64,000 nt of DNA from Salinivirgaceae bacterium (GCA_024405635.1 JAKSOL010000008.1:1-64000); one strand, 5' to 3'. Counted from the stretch's first letter, positions 10,122 through 18,764 are shown. A program made the numbers and translations. Notes: a model not told the origin generated them from the letters alone.

Positions 10122-10258
10122 GCAGACCTTTAAAACAACGAAAGAGCAATGCACCCACATTGCCCTTTCAATAAATTTCTTGGCACTTTCTCCAGAAAAC
10201 CAAGTCGTGTGGGTGGTCTGCACGCACGCGTTTACACCCATTTATTATGGGTGTAAAC
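10122..10258. ncRNA. Candidate structured RNA or cis-regulatory element
   Basis: Nested complementary segments: GCAGACC/GGTCTGC, GAAAGAGCAATG/CATTGCCCTTTC, CTTGG/CCAAG, CACCCACA/TGTGGGTG, and a perfect 12-bp hairpin at 10230-10258. Confidence 0.4.
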
Positions 10259-10349
10259 TTAAACAATGTTTATAATAATTTTTAAAAATTTTAAGGTATG
10301 TATACCAAAAAAATACAAATTAATTTAAACCTATTTAATTTACACAAAA

Positions 10350-10775
10350 ATGAGATTAACAAACAACGAGCGCTTCGAAGGAGCATCAGGTTCCTTCAAA
10401 GGCAGCGACTACGTGTCGCACTATAAAAAGTCCACAGGTACAACTTACCTATCAAAAAAAACAAAAACCACAAACACCGAAGCCCAAGCACAGCAAAGGC
10501 AATGCTTTGCCGCAGCCAATCGTGAAAAGTGGCGATTGTTAAAACTTCCCGACGACAACATCGAAAAGGAAGAATGGATAATACGCTGGGAAGCCGAAAA
10601 GACAAACAAACCAGACTTTGACAAAGATCTGGGTACGTTTATCATGACAACGCTAATGCAGCTCTACAAATCGGGCGAGGTAGGCATGCCAAACATCAAC
10701 CTACCACAAATCGACACCACCGAGATGGACGCTGCAATCATTGCCCGCGCCAACCAACGAGCCCAAGGACAATAA
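10350..10775 (+). CDS. Hypothetical protein (DUF6266-like N-terminus)
   Basis: GASGSFKG...TTYLSKK...TEAQAQQRQCFAAA resembles the Bacteroidetes SGK...T.AQ..QR..F family; followed by a terminator. Confidence 0.65.
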   Translation: MRLTNNERFEGASGSFKGSDYVSHYKKSTGTTYLSKKTKTTNTEAQAQQRQCFAAANREKWRLLKLPDDNIEKEEWIIRWEAEKTNKPDFDKDLGTFIMTTLMQLYKSGEVGMPNINLPQIDTTEMDAAIIARANQRAQGQ

Positions 10776-10813
10776 ACCGTTATTATCAAATTCCTATTTC
10801 ATATAGGCGCATC

Positions 10814-10848
10814 AACCGCTCAACCTCCCAGTTGAGCGGTTTTTATTT
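10814..10848 (+). terminator. Intrinsic terminator
   Basis: AACCGCTCAAC/GTTGAGCGGTT 11-bp stem followed by a T-tract. Confidence 0.85.
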
Positions 10849-11166
10849 CCCCCGTACGGGCATATCGCCTCCGCCCCAATTAATCATTAATCTCTAATCA
10901 CTAACCATTAGCCATTGCCCTTTAGCTCGTACAACCTAAAACGTATAACGTATAACGTACAACCTACAACGCATCGCCTCCGCCACTATCCGTCATTCCG
11001 ATGAAAATCGGAATCCCCTCAAGCCCCGCAACCAAGGATGCTGCCCCTTCAGGGCGTTTCTCATCCGCCCACAATTAATCACTAAACATTAGCCTTTCGC
11101 ACGTACGGGCGTATCGCATACGCCCCTATTAAACACTGGCCTTTGGCCCGTACAGCCGTATCGCCC

Positions 11167-11313
11167 CGCCCTCGTCACCCTAATGAAAATCAGTGTCTCT
11201 CTCATTTAGCACTTAAGCACCAAAAGCACACACCAGTATGGGATGCCGAATCAAGTTCGGCATGACGTGCGTCTTTTAAGCCAGAGCCCGTACGGGTGTA
11301 TCGCCTCCGCCCC
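11167..11313 (+). repeat. 147-bp direct repeat, copy 1
   Basis: Near-identical to 11613-11759 (offset 446 bp). Confidence 0.9.
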
Positions 11314-11612
11314 AATTAAACACTGGCCCTCAGCCGTACGGGCGTATCGCATACGCCCCCATTAAACATTGGCCTTTGGCTCAAAAAAAAGGATACTGCC
11401 CCTTCAGGGCGCTCGTGGTGTATTCACCAATTCCTAGGGCGTTGCCCTAGGCTGATAGATACTGCCCTTTCAGGGCGTTGATGAAAATCAGGACAACAAC
11501 CCTGAAGGGGTTGCGCGAAGCGCCCTCAGCCCAATGGCAGCGCCTTGGGTAATAATCAATATGCCTGCCATTTGCGCCCTGTAAGGGCAACAGCCTTCAG
11601 CCGTATCACATA

Positions 11613-11759
11613 CGCCCTCGTCACCCTGATGAAAATCAGTGTCTCTCTCATTTAGCACTTAAGCACCAAAAGCACACACCAGTATGGGATGCCGAATCAA
11701 GTTCGGCATGACGTGCGTCTTTTAAGCCAGAGCCCGTACGGGCATATCGCCTCCGCCCC
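11613..11759 (+). repeat. 147-bp direct repeat, copy 2
   Basis: Near-identical to 11167-11313. Confidence 0.9.
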
Positions 11760-11782
11760 TATTAATCATTAATCATTAAACG

Positions 11783-13012
11783 TTAATCACTAAAGAACGG
11801 GGCTTCGGCACCATCACTTTGCAATAACCAGTCTATCACATTGATTTTTTGAACACCATCAACTACACTCTCATCGAAATCTAATGAAAGTAGATATTTA
11901 GGATTTGCATCGCGAATGCACTTTAATGACGAGATTTCACGATTTAATGTTTTTTCGTCATCAACGCGATATGCAACCTGATAATACTCCATTCTTCCAT
12001 CGTATTTTTTCACCACAAAATCCACTTCTCCTTTATCCGTCCTACCAGCAAACACTTCACCGCCACGCCGCATAAGTTCAAAATAAACTACATTCTCCAA
12101 TTTATGGCCCAAATCGGCATCTGGTCTATTGGTGTTAACAATATTTCTAAGCCCCAAATCAACCACATAATATTTGTAATTTGCAGCCAACAAACGTTTG
12201 CCTTTTATATTATACAAACGCACTGGATACACTAAATACGATTCCATCAAGTATGTCAATAGTTTTTGTACCGTGTTGTGAGATACTCCATTAGCATTTT
12301 TTTGCAAACAGTCGGCAATATTATTAGGCGAGACCACACTACCAACACTATCAAACACAAAATCAATAATACGTTGCAAACTATCGAACTTGCGAAGTCT
12401 TCTGCGCTTTACAATATCTTTCACCACAACAGTTTCGTACAATGAACGCAAATATGCATTTACCATATCTGGCGATGTTTGAAAAATATTCACCGCTTCG
12501 GGAAAGCACGAACCATTAATATACCGATTAAACAATTTATCGATTCTAGTTTCATTATGGAATGCCGACACATATTCAGCAAATGAATATGGATGAAGAT
12601 TTATTGCGATATATCTTCCAGAAAGCAATGTTGCCAATTCACTAGATAAAAGATACGCATTTGACCCAGTAATGTATAAATCAATATTTTTTTTCACAAA
12701 CAGAGCATCGACAAGCTTTTCAAACTGAGGAACAAGCTGAACCTCGTCAAGAAAAACGTAGTTGGTGCTTTCAGTGCATTTAGAAACTATTGTATCATAT
12801 ATTTCAGCCCACGAACTAAATGTTTGATTTTCACGTTCTTCAAAATTGTAAGAATGTATATTATCATCCGTTATGCTTTCCGACTTTAAAACATCTTTGA
12901 ACAATTCAAACAAAGTAGATTTGCCACAACGGCGTATGCCCGTAACAACCTTTATAAGTTTTTGACCACGAAGCGCTATCAATTGCTTCAAATATGTATT
13001 TCTATTTATCAT
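11783..13012 (-). CDS. AAA_14 ATPase with DUF4143 domain
   Basis: Walker A GIRRCGKS, Walker B FLDEVQ, TGSN, KYYVVDLGLR, LENVVYFEL and EVDFV motifs; ATG start MINRN at 13012. Confidence 0.9.
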   Translation of the reverse strand: MINRNTYLKQLIALRGQKLIKVVTGIRRCGKSTLFELFKDVLKSESITDDNIHSYNFEERENQTFSSWAEIYDTIVSKCTESTNYVFLDEVQLVPQFEKLVDALFVKKNIDLYITGSNAYLLSSELATLLSGRYIAINLHPYSFAEYVSAFHNETRIDKLFNRYINGSCFPEAVNIFQTSPDMVNAYLRSLYETVVVKDIVKRRRLRKFDSLQRIIDFVFDSVGSVVSPNNIADCLQKNANGVSHNTVQKLLTYLMESYLVYPVRLYNIKGKRLLAANYKYYVVDLGLRNIVNTNRPDADLGHKLENVVYFELMRRGGEVFAGRTDKGEVDFVVKKYDGRMEYYQVAYRVDDEKTLNREISSLKCIRDANPKYLLSLDFDESVVDGVQKINVIDWLLQSDGAEAPFFSD

Positions 13013-13031
13013 AGAGCCCCAAATTTGAACA

Positions 13032-13085
13032 CAAAGATACGCAATAATGACGAAATTATATAAAAACATCATTTTTCGTCATTAT
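13032..13085 (-). promoter_or_regulatory. Promoter -7 element of the ATPase plus an overlapping 12-bp inverted repeat
   Basis: TATCTTTG at 13039-13032; ATAATGACGAAA (13044-13055), N18, TTTCGTCATTAT (13074-13085). Confidence 0.6.
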
Positions 13086-13139
13086 CTCACCTTTGCGCCT
13101 CAAGCAATCTAATTAATTAAAACCAAGTTGAATCGTACT

Positions 13140-13262
13140 TTTGGCTGTTGGCTTTTAGCCGTTGGCCGTTAAGGTGTTGATGCGTTTAATAATGATTAGT
13201 GATAAGTGATTAATGGAGGGGGAAGTTGACTATTGGCTGTTAGCTATTGGCCATTGGTTGTT
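13140..13262. repeat. Heptameric short tandem repeats
   Basis: ttggctg/ttggctt/ttagccg/ttggccg, atgatta/gtgataa/gtgatta and ttggctg/ttagcta/ttggcca runs. Confidence 0.7.
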
Positions 13263-13296
13263 GATGCGTTGAATCGTTGATATGTTGATGCGATGT

Positions 13297-13712
13297 GGCT
13301 TCGGCAAGCTCAGCCACCAATACGCGCGGTGCCTGAGCTTGTCGAAGGCACTGTTGAATACGAGCTATTGGCCGTTGGCAATTATTGAATCGTATGATAG
13401 TGTTAAATTATTAATAGGTCGGGGCTTCGGCAGGCTCAGCCAACCAATACACACGGTGCCTGAGCTTGTCGAAGGCACTGTTGAATACGGGCTATTGGCC
13501 GTTGGCCGTTGGCAATTATTGAATCGTATGATAGTGTTAAGTTATTAATAGGTCGGGGCTTCGGCTGGCTCAGCCAACCAATACACACGGTGCCTGAGCT
13601 TGTCGAAGGCACTGTTGAATACGGGCTATTGGCCGTTGGCCGTTGGCAATTATTGAATCGTATGATAGTGTTAAGTTATTAATAGGTCGGGGCTTCGGCT
13701 GGCTCAGCCACC
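13297..13712. repeat. Tandem array of 126-134 bp units, each carrying a REP-like inverted pair
   Basis: Unit starts at 13297, 13423, 13557 and 13691 (partial); each has CTTCGGCNRGCTCAG ... CTGAGCTTGTCGAAG. Confidence 0.92.
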
Positions 13713-13754
13713 GGAAGGTTGATTTGTTGATGCGTTAAATCGGATAACGTATAA

Positions 13755-14927
13755 CTACTTATCACCGGCATCAACCATATTGCGCATCCAAGCCCAAAAG
13801 CCTTTGCGCTCATAGTGCGATGCCTCGCCAATGGCCAACAAAATGCGATAGACAACCGAATTTCGTTTTTTATGATATCGGACAAACGGATAGAATACGA
13901 ATGTGGAAAGAAATGCCAACGCTACCACCACAACCAATTGCATACTAATGGTTGCGCCCATCTTATACGAAAGGAACCACGCTGCCACAATCAAAGCATC
14001 AAGAGTTACTAGTCCAACGCTGATGCCAACGTGCGAGAACCCAAGTTCAAGATACAAGTGATGCAAGTGAGTTTTGTCTGGTCGGAATGGTGATTTACCC
14101 TTAATAATGCGACCCAACATTACGCGCAAGGTGTCGAAAACCGGAATTGACAACACTGCAAGCGCAAATGGTACTAAACCAACATTTTTCTGACTCATTG
14201 CCAAGCTTGCTTCTCTTTGTGACAATAATGTAAGAACAAATATGGACATGATGGCTCCCATGAGCAAAGTTCCGCCATCGCCTATAAACATCTTCGATTT
14301 GAAGCCGAACACGTTGTGCATAAAGAAAGGAATGAGCGCCCCCGCAGCCGCTGCTGCCACAACTGTCATTAGCTGATTGCCCATCATGTAGAACATAATG
14401 CCAAACATGATGCTTGCCATGGTGCAAAATCCTGAAGAATATCCATCAACGCCGTCAATAAGGTTAATGGCATTCATTATTCCAACAGCTGAAACTATGG
14501 TAAGCGGCACGTAAATCCAAGCAGATAGCACTGCTCCATAGCCCCACAATCCGTAGAAATTGCAGATGCGAATGCCTGACCAATACATCAGGAATAGCAC
14601 TACAAGTATTTCGATAATGAAACGGGCAGTAGGCGAAATATCCTTAATGTCGTCGAATGTGCCAACTGCAAGCATAACGGCCATAACAAGCGTCAACGAC
14701 TCAATCATGCCATTTTCTGGCATTACGAAGTACAACACAACCATAGCCACAGCAATGCCAATAAACACAGCCACGCCTCCAAGCACTGGCACTGGCGACT
14801 TTTGTACCTTGCGGGCATCGGGAGTGTCAAGCACATTGAATCGTCGGGCAAACCTCAACACACGACCATATATCACCCATGTTGTTATGAATGCCACTAA
14901 AAACGATATGACTATGTTCATTATCAT
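13755..14927 (-). CDS. wecA: Undecaprenyl-phosphate alpha-GlcNAc-1-phosphate transferase (WecA/MraY family)
   Basis: DTPDARK, PVLGGVA, GTFDD, NAINLIDGVDG, FIGDGG and PDKTHLHH motifs. Confidence 0.88.
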   Translation of the reverse strand: MIMNIVISFLVAFITTWVIYGRVLRFARRFNVLDTPDARKVQKSPVPVLGGVAVFIGIAVAMVVLYFVMPENGMIESLTLVMAVMLAVGTFDDIKDISPTARFIIEILVVLFLMYWSGIRICNFYGLWGYGAVLSAWIYVPLTIVSAVGIMNAINLIDGVDGYSSGFCTMASIMFGIMFYMMGNQLMTVVAAAAAGALIPFFMHNVFGFKSKMFIGDGGTLLMGAIMSIFVLTLLSQREASLAMSQKNVGLVPFALAVLSIPVFDTLRVMLGRIIKGKSPFRPDKTHLHHLYLELGFSHVGISVGLVTLDALIVAAWFLSYKMGATISMQLVVVVALAFLSTFVFYPFVRYHKKRNSVVYRILLAIGEASHYERKGFWAWMRNMVDAGDK

Positions 14928-15062
14928 AATGCTTCAAAAATAATTGCCTATGCTATTTGTTGGCTTTACGTTTGTCATCAGTTACATGACATACGTCAAC
15001 CTAATTCTTTTAAAAAGTTAGCATAAACAAGTATTGCCGCAAGACAAAAAAATAAGTTCTGT

Positions 15063-16427
15063 TTATTCGCTCCACTTCCACTCAGTTCGTTCAATATCCT
15101 CCTCAATAAGCGGATTTCCACTTTGAACTTCAATAAAAGTAAGCTCGGTAATGGCCTTTATAGCGTGCCAATGCTCAACAGGAATAACAACAGTGTCGCC
15201 CGCCTTTACTCTTTGTTCTTGTCCATCGAGAACAAAAATGCCTTCACCTTCAACAAAAGTCCAAGTTTCGCTTCGGTGGTGGTGAATTTGGTAGCTGATG
15301 TTTTTACCTTGTTTAAGGGTGATGCTTTTGGTTAGCGAGTGGCGGCCATCGGCATAATAACTGTCGTCGAGCACACGATAGGTTCCCCATCGACGTTCTT
15401 CGTACATTGGTCGTGGAGTAAGATTCTCTACTGCCTTTTTTATCTCTTCAGAGTGTTGTTTGGTGCAAACTAAAATGCCATCGGGACAAGCGGCAACCAC
15501 CACATCTTTAAGTCCGTCAACAAAAATAGGGTTTTGCAGTTCGTTTATCACGTGTGTGTTTTCGCAGTGTGCGCCCATCACAGCATTGCCAATGGTGTGT
15601 TGCTTCAGTTCGTCGGTCAAAGTATTCCATGTGCCAAGATCTTTCCATTGGCCCGAAAAAGGAACAACAGCAACCGATTTTGATTTTTCGGCAACCTCAT
15701 AGTCAAAACTAATTTTGGGGAATTCTGAATAACGGTTGCGAACTTCGTCAAACGACAAGGTTTTATCTCCATTGCTGATTGGCATATATTTTTCCACAAT
15801 TTGCATCATATATCCCAAACGGAAGGCAAACACACCACCGTTCCAATATGCGCTTTGTGCCAACAATTGTTTTGCCACATCAACCGATGGTTTTTCAGTA
15901 AAACGAGCCACTTTTTTATATTCTGTCGAAGATTTTTCTTGTTCAGGAACCACATAGCCATACTTTTCGCTTGGATAAGTAGGTTGAATACCCATAAGCA
16001 CAAGGTCGGCCACGTTGGCATTAACACACTCAACCATTTTGGCAATAGTTTTAAAGTAACCAAATTCGGTATAAGGGTCGCAAGGCATAATAACAACCAC
16101 CTCGTCGTTGGCACAGCCTTTGGCAAGCTTTAGGTAGCTGGCAGCAAGTGCAATAGCCGGAAAGGTATCGCGGCGCTCAGGCTCAGTTACAACCGAAACT
16201 TTGTTGCCCAATTGGTTGGTAATAATATCTAACTGGCTTGCATTGGTAGCAAGGGTAATATTGTTGGTAAGGTTAGCCTCGGTGGCTTGACGCACCACGC
16301 GTTGCACCATGCTTTCCATTGTACCATCTTCTTTTTCCAAAAGAGGCAAAAACTGTTTTGAACGTGCGTTGTTGCTAAGAGGCCAAAGTCGCTTTCCGCT
16401 GCCTCCCGATAGAAGTACTAATTGCAT
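15063..16427 (-). CDS. manC: Mannose-1-phosphate guanylyltransferase with C-terminal cupin (ManC-like)
   Basis: LSGGSGKRLWPLS, FTEKP, WNGG, ISFDY, WKDLGTW and cupin QIHHHRSETW motifs. Confidence 0.88.
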   Translation of the reverse strand: MQLVLLSGGSGKRLWPLSNNARSKQFLPLLEKEDGTMESMVQRVVRQATEANLTNNITLATNASQLDIITNQLGNKVSVVTEPERRDTFPAIALAASYLKLAKGCANDEVVVIMPCDPYTEFGYFKTIAKMVECVNANVADLVLMGIQPTYPSEKYGYVVPEQEKSSTEYKKVARFTEKPSVDVAKQLLAQSAYWNGGVFAFRLGYMMQIVEKYMPISNGDKTLSFDEVRNRYSEFPKISFDYEVAEKSKSVAVVPFSGQWKDLGTWNTLTDELKQHTIGNAVMGAHCENTHVINELQNPIFVDGLKDVVVAACPDGILVCTKQHSEEIKKAVENLTPRPMYEERRWGTYRVLDDSYYADGRHSLTKSITLKQGKNISYQIHHHRSETWTFVEGEGIFVLDGQEQRVKAGDTVVIPVEHWHAIKAITELTFIEVQSGNPLIEEDIERTEWKWSE

Positions 16428-16464
16428 TATAGTTTATATTTATTTTTTCGACCAATAAAGTTTG

Positions 16465-16472
16465 CAAATATA
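16465..16472 (-). promoter_or_regulatory. -7 promoter element for manC
   Basis: TATATTTG on the minus strand about 38 bp upstream of the ATG. Confidence 0.55.
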
Positions 16473-16622
16473 GAAACTTACCTCATACTCTTTCACCAAC
16501 AATGCGCATGTCTGAATCATCTGCGCTAATACTGCCAGCAAAGAGGCAACAACCTTTTCCGTAATCTGCCAACTCGTCACCTTGCCGCAACGCTTTAACT
16601 GACAATGTTGCCGTTTTTTATT

Positions 16623-16639
16623 TTGGCACACCATTTGAC
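16623..16639 (+). promoter_or_regulatory. Sigma54-like (-24/-12) promoter upstream of htpG
   Basis: TTGGCACACCATTTGAC gives GG-N10-GA; preceded by several CTGCCA/CTGACA/TTGCCG motifs. Confidence 0.55.
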
Positions 16640-16676
16640 AAGGTAGGCTCCAGAAATTCTTAAAAAACATCATACT

Positions 16677-18734
16677 ATGCAAACAGGAAAAATTGGGGTT
16701 ACTAGCGAAAACATATTCCCCGTAATCAAAAAGTTTCTTTACTCTGACCACGAAATATTTCTTCGCGAGATTGTTGCCAACGCTGTTGACGCCACTCAAA
16801 AAATGGCTGCCGTTGCCGCAAAAGGCGAATATACTGGAGATTTAACCGACCAAGTTGTTCGCGTATCGTTTGACAAAGATGCCAAAACCATCACCGTTTC
16901 TGACCACGGTATTGGCATGACTCAAGAAGAGGTTGACAAGTACATTAACCAAATTGCCTTTTCGAGTGCTGGCGAGTTTTTAGACAAATACAAAGACAAC
17001 ATTGGTGCCATTATCGGACACTTTGGCTTGGGCTTTTACAGCGCCTTTATGGTTTCAGAACGCGTTGACATTGTTACAAAATCGTACAAAGACGGAGCAA
17101 AAGCATTAAAATGGAGTTGCGATGGCAGTCCAGAGTTCACTCTTGAAGATGCTGAAAAAGAGTCGTTTGGTACCGACATTATTATGCACATCGACAGCGA
17201 GAGCGAAGAGTTCCTTGACGAAAATCGCATTAACCAATTGCTTACCAAATACTGCAAATTCTTGCCCGTATCAATTGCTTTTGGCAAAGAACGTGAGTGG
17301 AACGAGAGCGAAAAGAAAATGGTTGAAACCGACAAGGACAAGATAATAAACAACACCGCTCCAGCTTGGACTCGCAAACCTGCCGACCTTAAAGACGAAG
17401 ACTACAAAAACTTCTACCACGAACTTTATCCAGGTCTTGAAGACCCAATGTTCTACATTCACCTTAACGTTGACTATCCATTTAACCTAACAGGTATTTT
17501 GTACTTCCCAAAAATCAAAAACAACATTGAGATTCAGAAAAACAAAATACAACTATACTGCAACCAAGTATTTGTTACCGATAGCGTTGAAGGCATTGTA
17601 CCCGAATTCCTTACACTTTTGCATGGTGTAATCGACTCGCCCGACATTCCACTTAACGTAAGCCGCAGCTACTTGCAAGCCGACTCAAACGTGAAGAAAA
17701 TCTCAAGCCACATCACCAAAAAAGTTGCCGACCGATTGGAAGAGATTTTCAAAACCGACCGTCCTCAATTTGAAGAAAAATGGGACAACCTAAAACTCTT
17801 TATTGAATATGGAGTGCTAACCGACGAAAAATTCTACGAGCGCGCTCAAAAATTCATCTTGCTAAAAAATACCGAGGGCAAATACTACACTCTTGACGAA
17901 TACAAAGAGCTAATAAAAGCCAACCAAACCGACAAAAACGACACCACCGTTTACCTTTACGCAACCGACAAAGACGCACAATACACATACATTGAAAACG
18001 CCAAAGCAAAAGGTTACGATGTGCTGATGCTCGACGGACAACTCGACATTCACTTTGTAAACGCACTTGAACAAAAACTTGAAAAAAGCCGATTCTCGCG
18101 CGTCGATTCCGACATTGTGAGCCGCCTAATTCAAAAAGACGAGCAAACCGATGTTAAAATGGAACAAGACGACAGAAACAACCTTATTCAAGTATTCAAC
18201 TCGGTTACACCAACCGACGCAACCTACATTATTGAGTTTGAAGACCTTGGCTCAACCGCTCAACCATTAGTAATCACCCAAAACGAATTTATGCGACGCA
18301 TGAAAGACATGGGCGCAATGAGCGGAATGAACTTTTATGCCGAGGCTCCAAACTACTACAACTTGGTTGTAAACACCGCTCACCCACTTGTAGGCAAAGT
18401 GCTTGATGCCGAAAAAGCTACACTTGGCACCGAACTCGACGCCATTAAAGCCGAACTCGAACCATTGAACAAACAAAAAGCCGACCTTGAAACCAAAAAA
18501 GCAGGCAAAAAAGACGACGAAATTCCTCAAGCCGACAAAGACGCTTTGTCTGACATTGAAAAACAAATTGATGCCATTGAAACCAAACGCAACGACAAAC
18601 TACACGCATTTGGAAAAGACACTCAATTGGTTAAACAACTTGTTGACCTTGCCCTTTTGGCAAACAATATGCTTAAAGGCGAAGACCTTAACAAATTTGT
18701 AAACCGTAGCATTGAATTGCTAAACAACAAATAA
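16677..18734 (+). CDS. htpG: Molecular chaperone HtpG (Hsp90)
   Basis: LYSDHEIFLRE..NAVDA, DHGIGMT, IGHFGLGFYSAF and PLNVSRS motifs. Confidence 0.97.
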   Translation: MQTGKIGVTSENIFPVIKKFLYSDHEIFLREIVANAVDATQKMAAVAAKGEYTGDLTDQVVRVSFDKDAKTITVSDHGIGMTQEEVDKYINQIAFSSAGEFLDKYKDNIGAIIGHFGLGFYSAFMVSERVDIVTKSYKDGAKALKWSCDGSPEFTLEDAEKESFGTDIIMHIDSESEEFLDENRINQLLTKYCKFLPVSIAFGKEREWNESEKKMVETDKDKIINNTAPAWTRKPADLKDEDYKNFYHELYPGLEDPMFYIHLNVDYPFNLTGILYFPKIKNNIEIQKNKIQLYCNQVFVTDSVEGIVPEFLTLLHGVIDSPDIPLNVSRSYLQADSNVKKISSHITKKVADRLEEIFKTDRPQFEEKWDNLKLFIEYGVLTDEKFYERAQKFILLKNTEGKYYTLDEYKELIKANQTDKNDTTVYLYATDKDAQYTYIENAKAKGYDVLMLDGQLDIHFVNALEQKLEKSRFSRVDSDIVSRLIQKDEQTDVKMEQDDRNNLIQVFNSVTPTDATYIIEFEDLGSTAQPLVITQNEFMRRMKDMGAMSGMNFYAEAPNYYNLVVNTAHPLVGKVLDAEKATLGTELDAIKAELEPLNKQKADLETKKAGKKDDEIPQADKDALSDIEKQIDAIETKRNDKLHAFGKDTQLVKQLVDLALLANNMLKGEDLNKFVNRSIELLNNK

Positions 18735-18764
18735 TAAAAAGCTTAGCAATACTTTTTAAGTACT

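Larger units (their letters stand above)
10851..11792. repeat. Mosaic cluster of REP-like palindromes and heptamer repeats
   Basis: Many copies of GTACGGGCGTATCGCATACGCCC-type, CGTCA...TGACG-type, GCCC(T)GAAGGGC-type and CCTAGGGCGTTGCCCTAGG hairpins, interspersed with TAATCAT/CATTAGC/CGTAYAA heptamers. Confidence 0.85.

Noticed and set aside
11513-11523. GCGCGAAGCGC as an ops-like antitermination (UpxY) site
   Set aside because: It is on the strand opposite to polysaccharide gene transcription, lies inside a palindrome cluster, and no upxY gene is in the window.
10851-11792. Possible CRISPR or integron attC array
   Set aside because: Spacing is irregular, repeat families are mixed, and there are no cassette ORFs between repeats and no integrase.
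13282-13548. 88-aa plus-strand ORF
   Set aside because: It is simply a translation of the tandem repeat units.
13297-13712. Possible CRISPR array
   Set aside because: The sequences between palindromes are near-identical rather than unique spacers, the period is 126-134 bp, and there are no cas genes in the window.
16440-16799. 119-aa minus-strand ORF
   Set aside because: It overlaps the htpG start and both divergent promoters and has no recognisable motifs.
18410-18620. Charged coiled-coil insertion near the HtpG C-terminus
   Set aside because: To my knowledge this is a common feature of Bacteroidales HtpG, so it is not novel.
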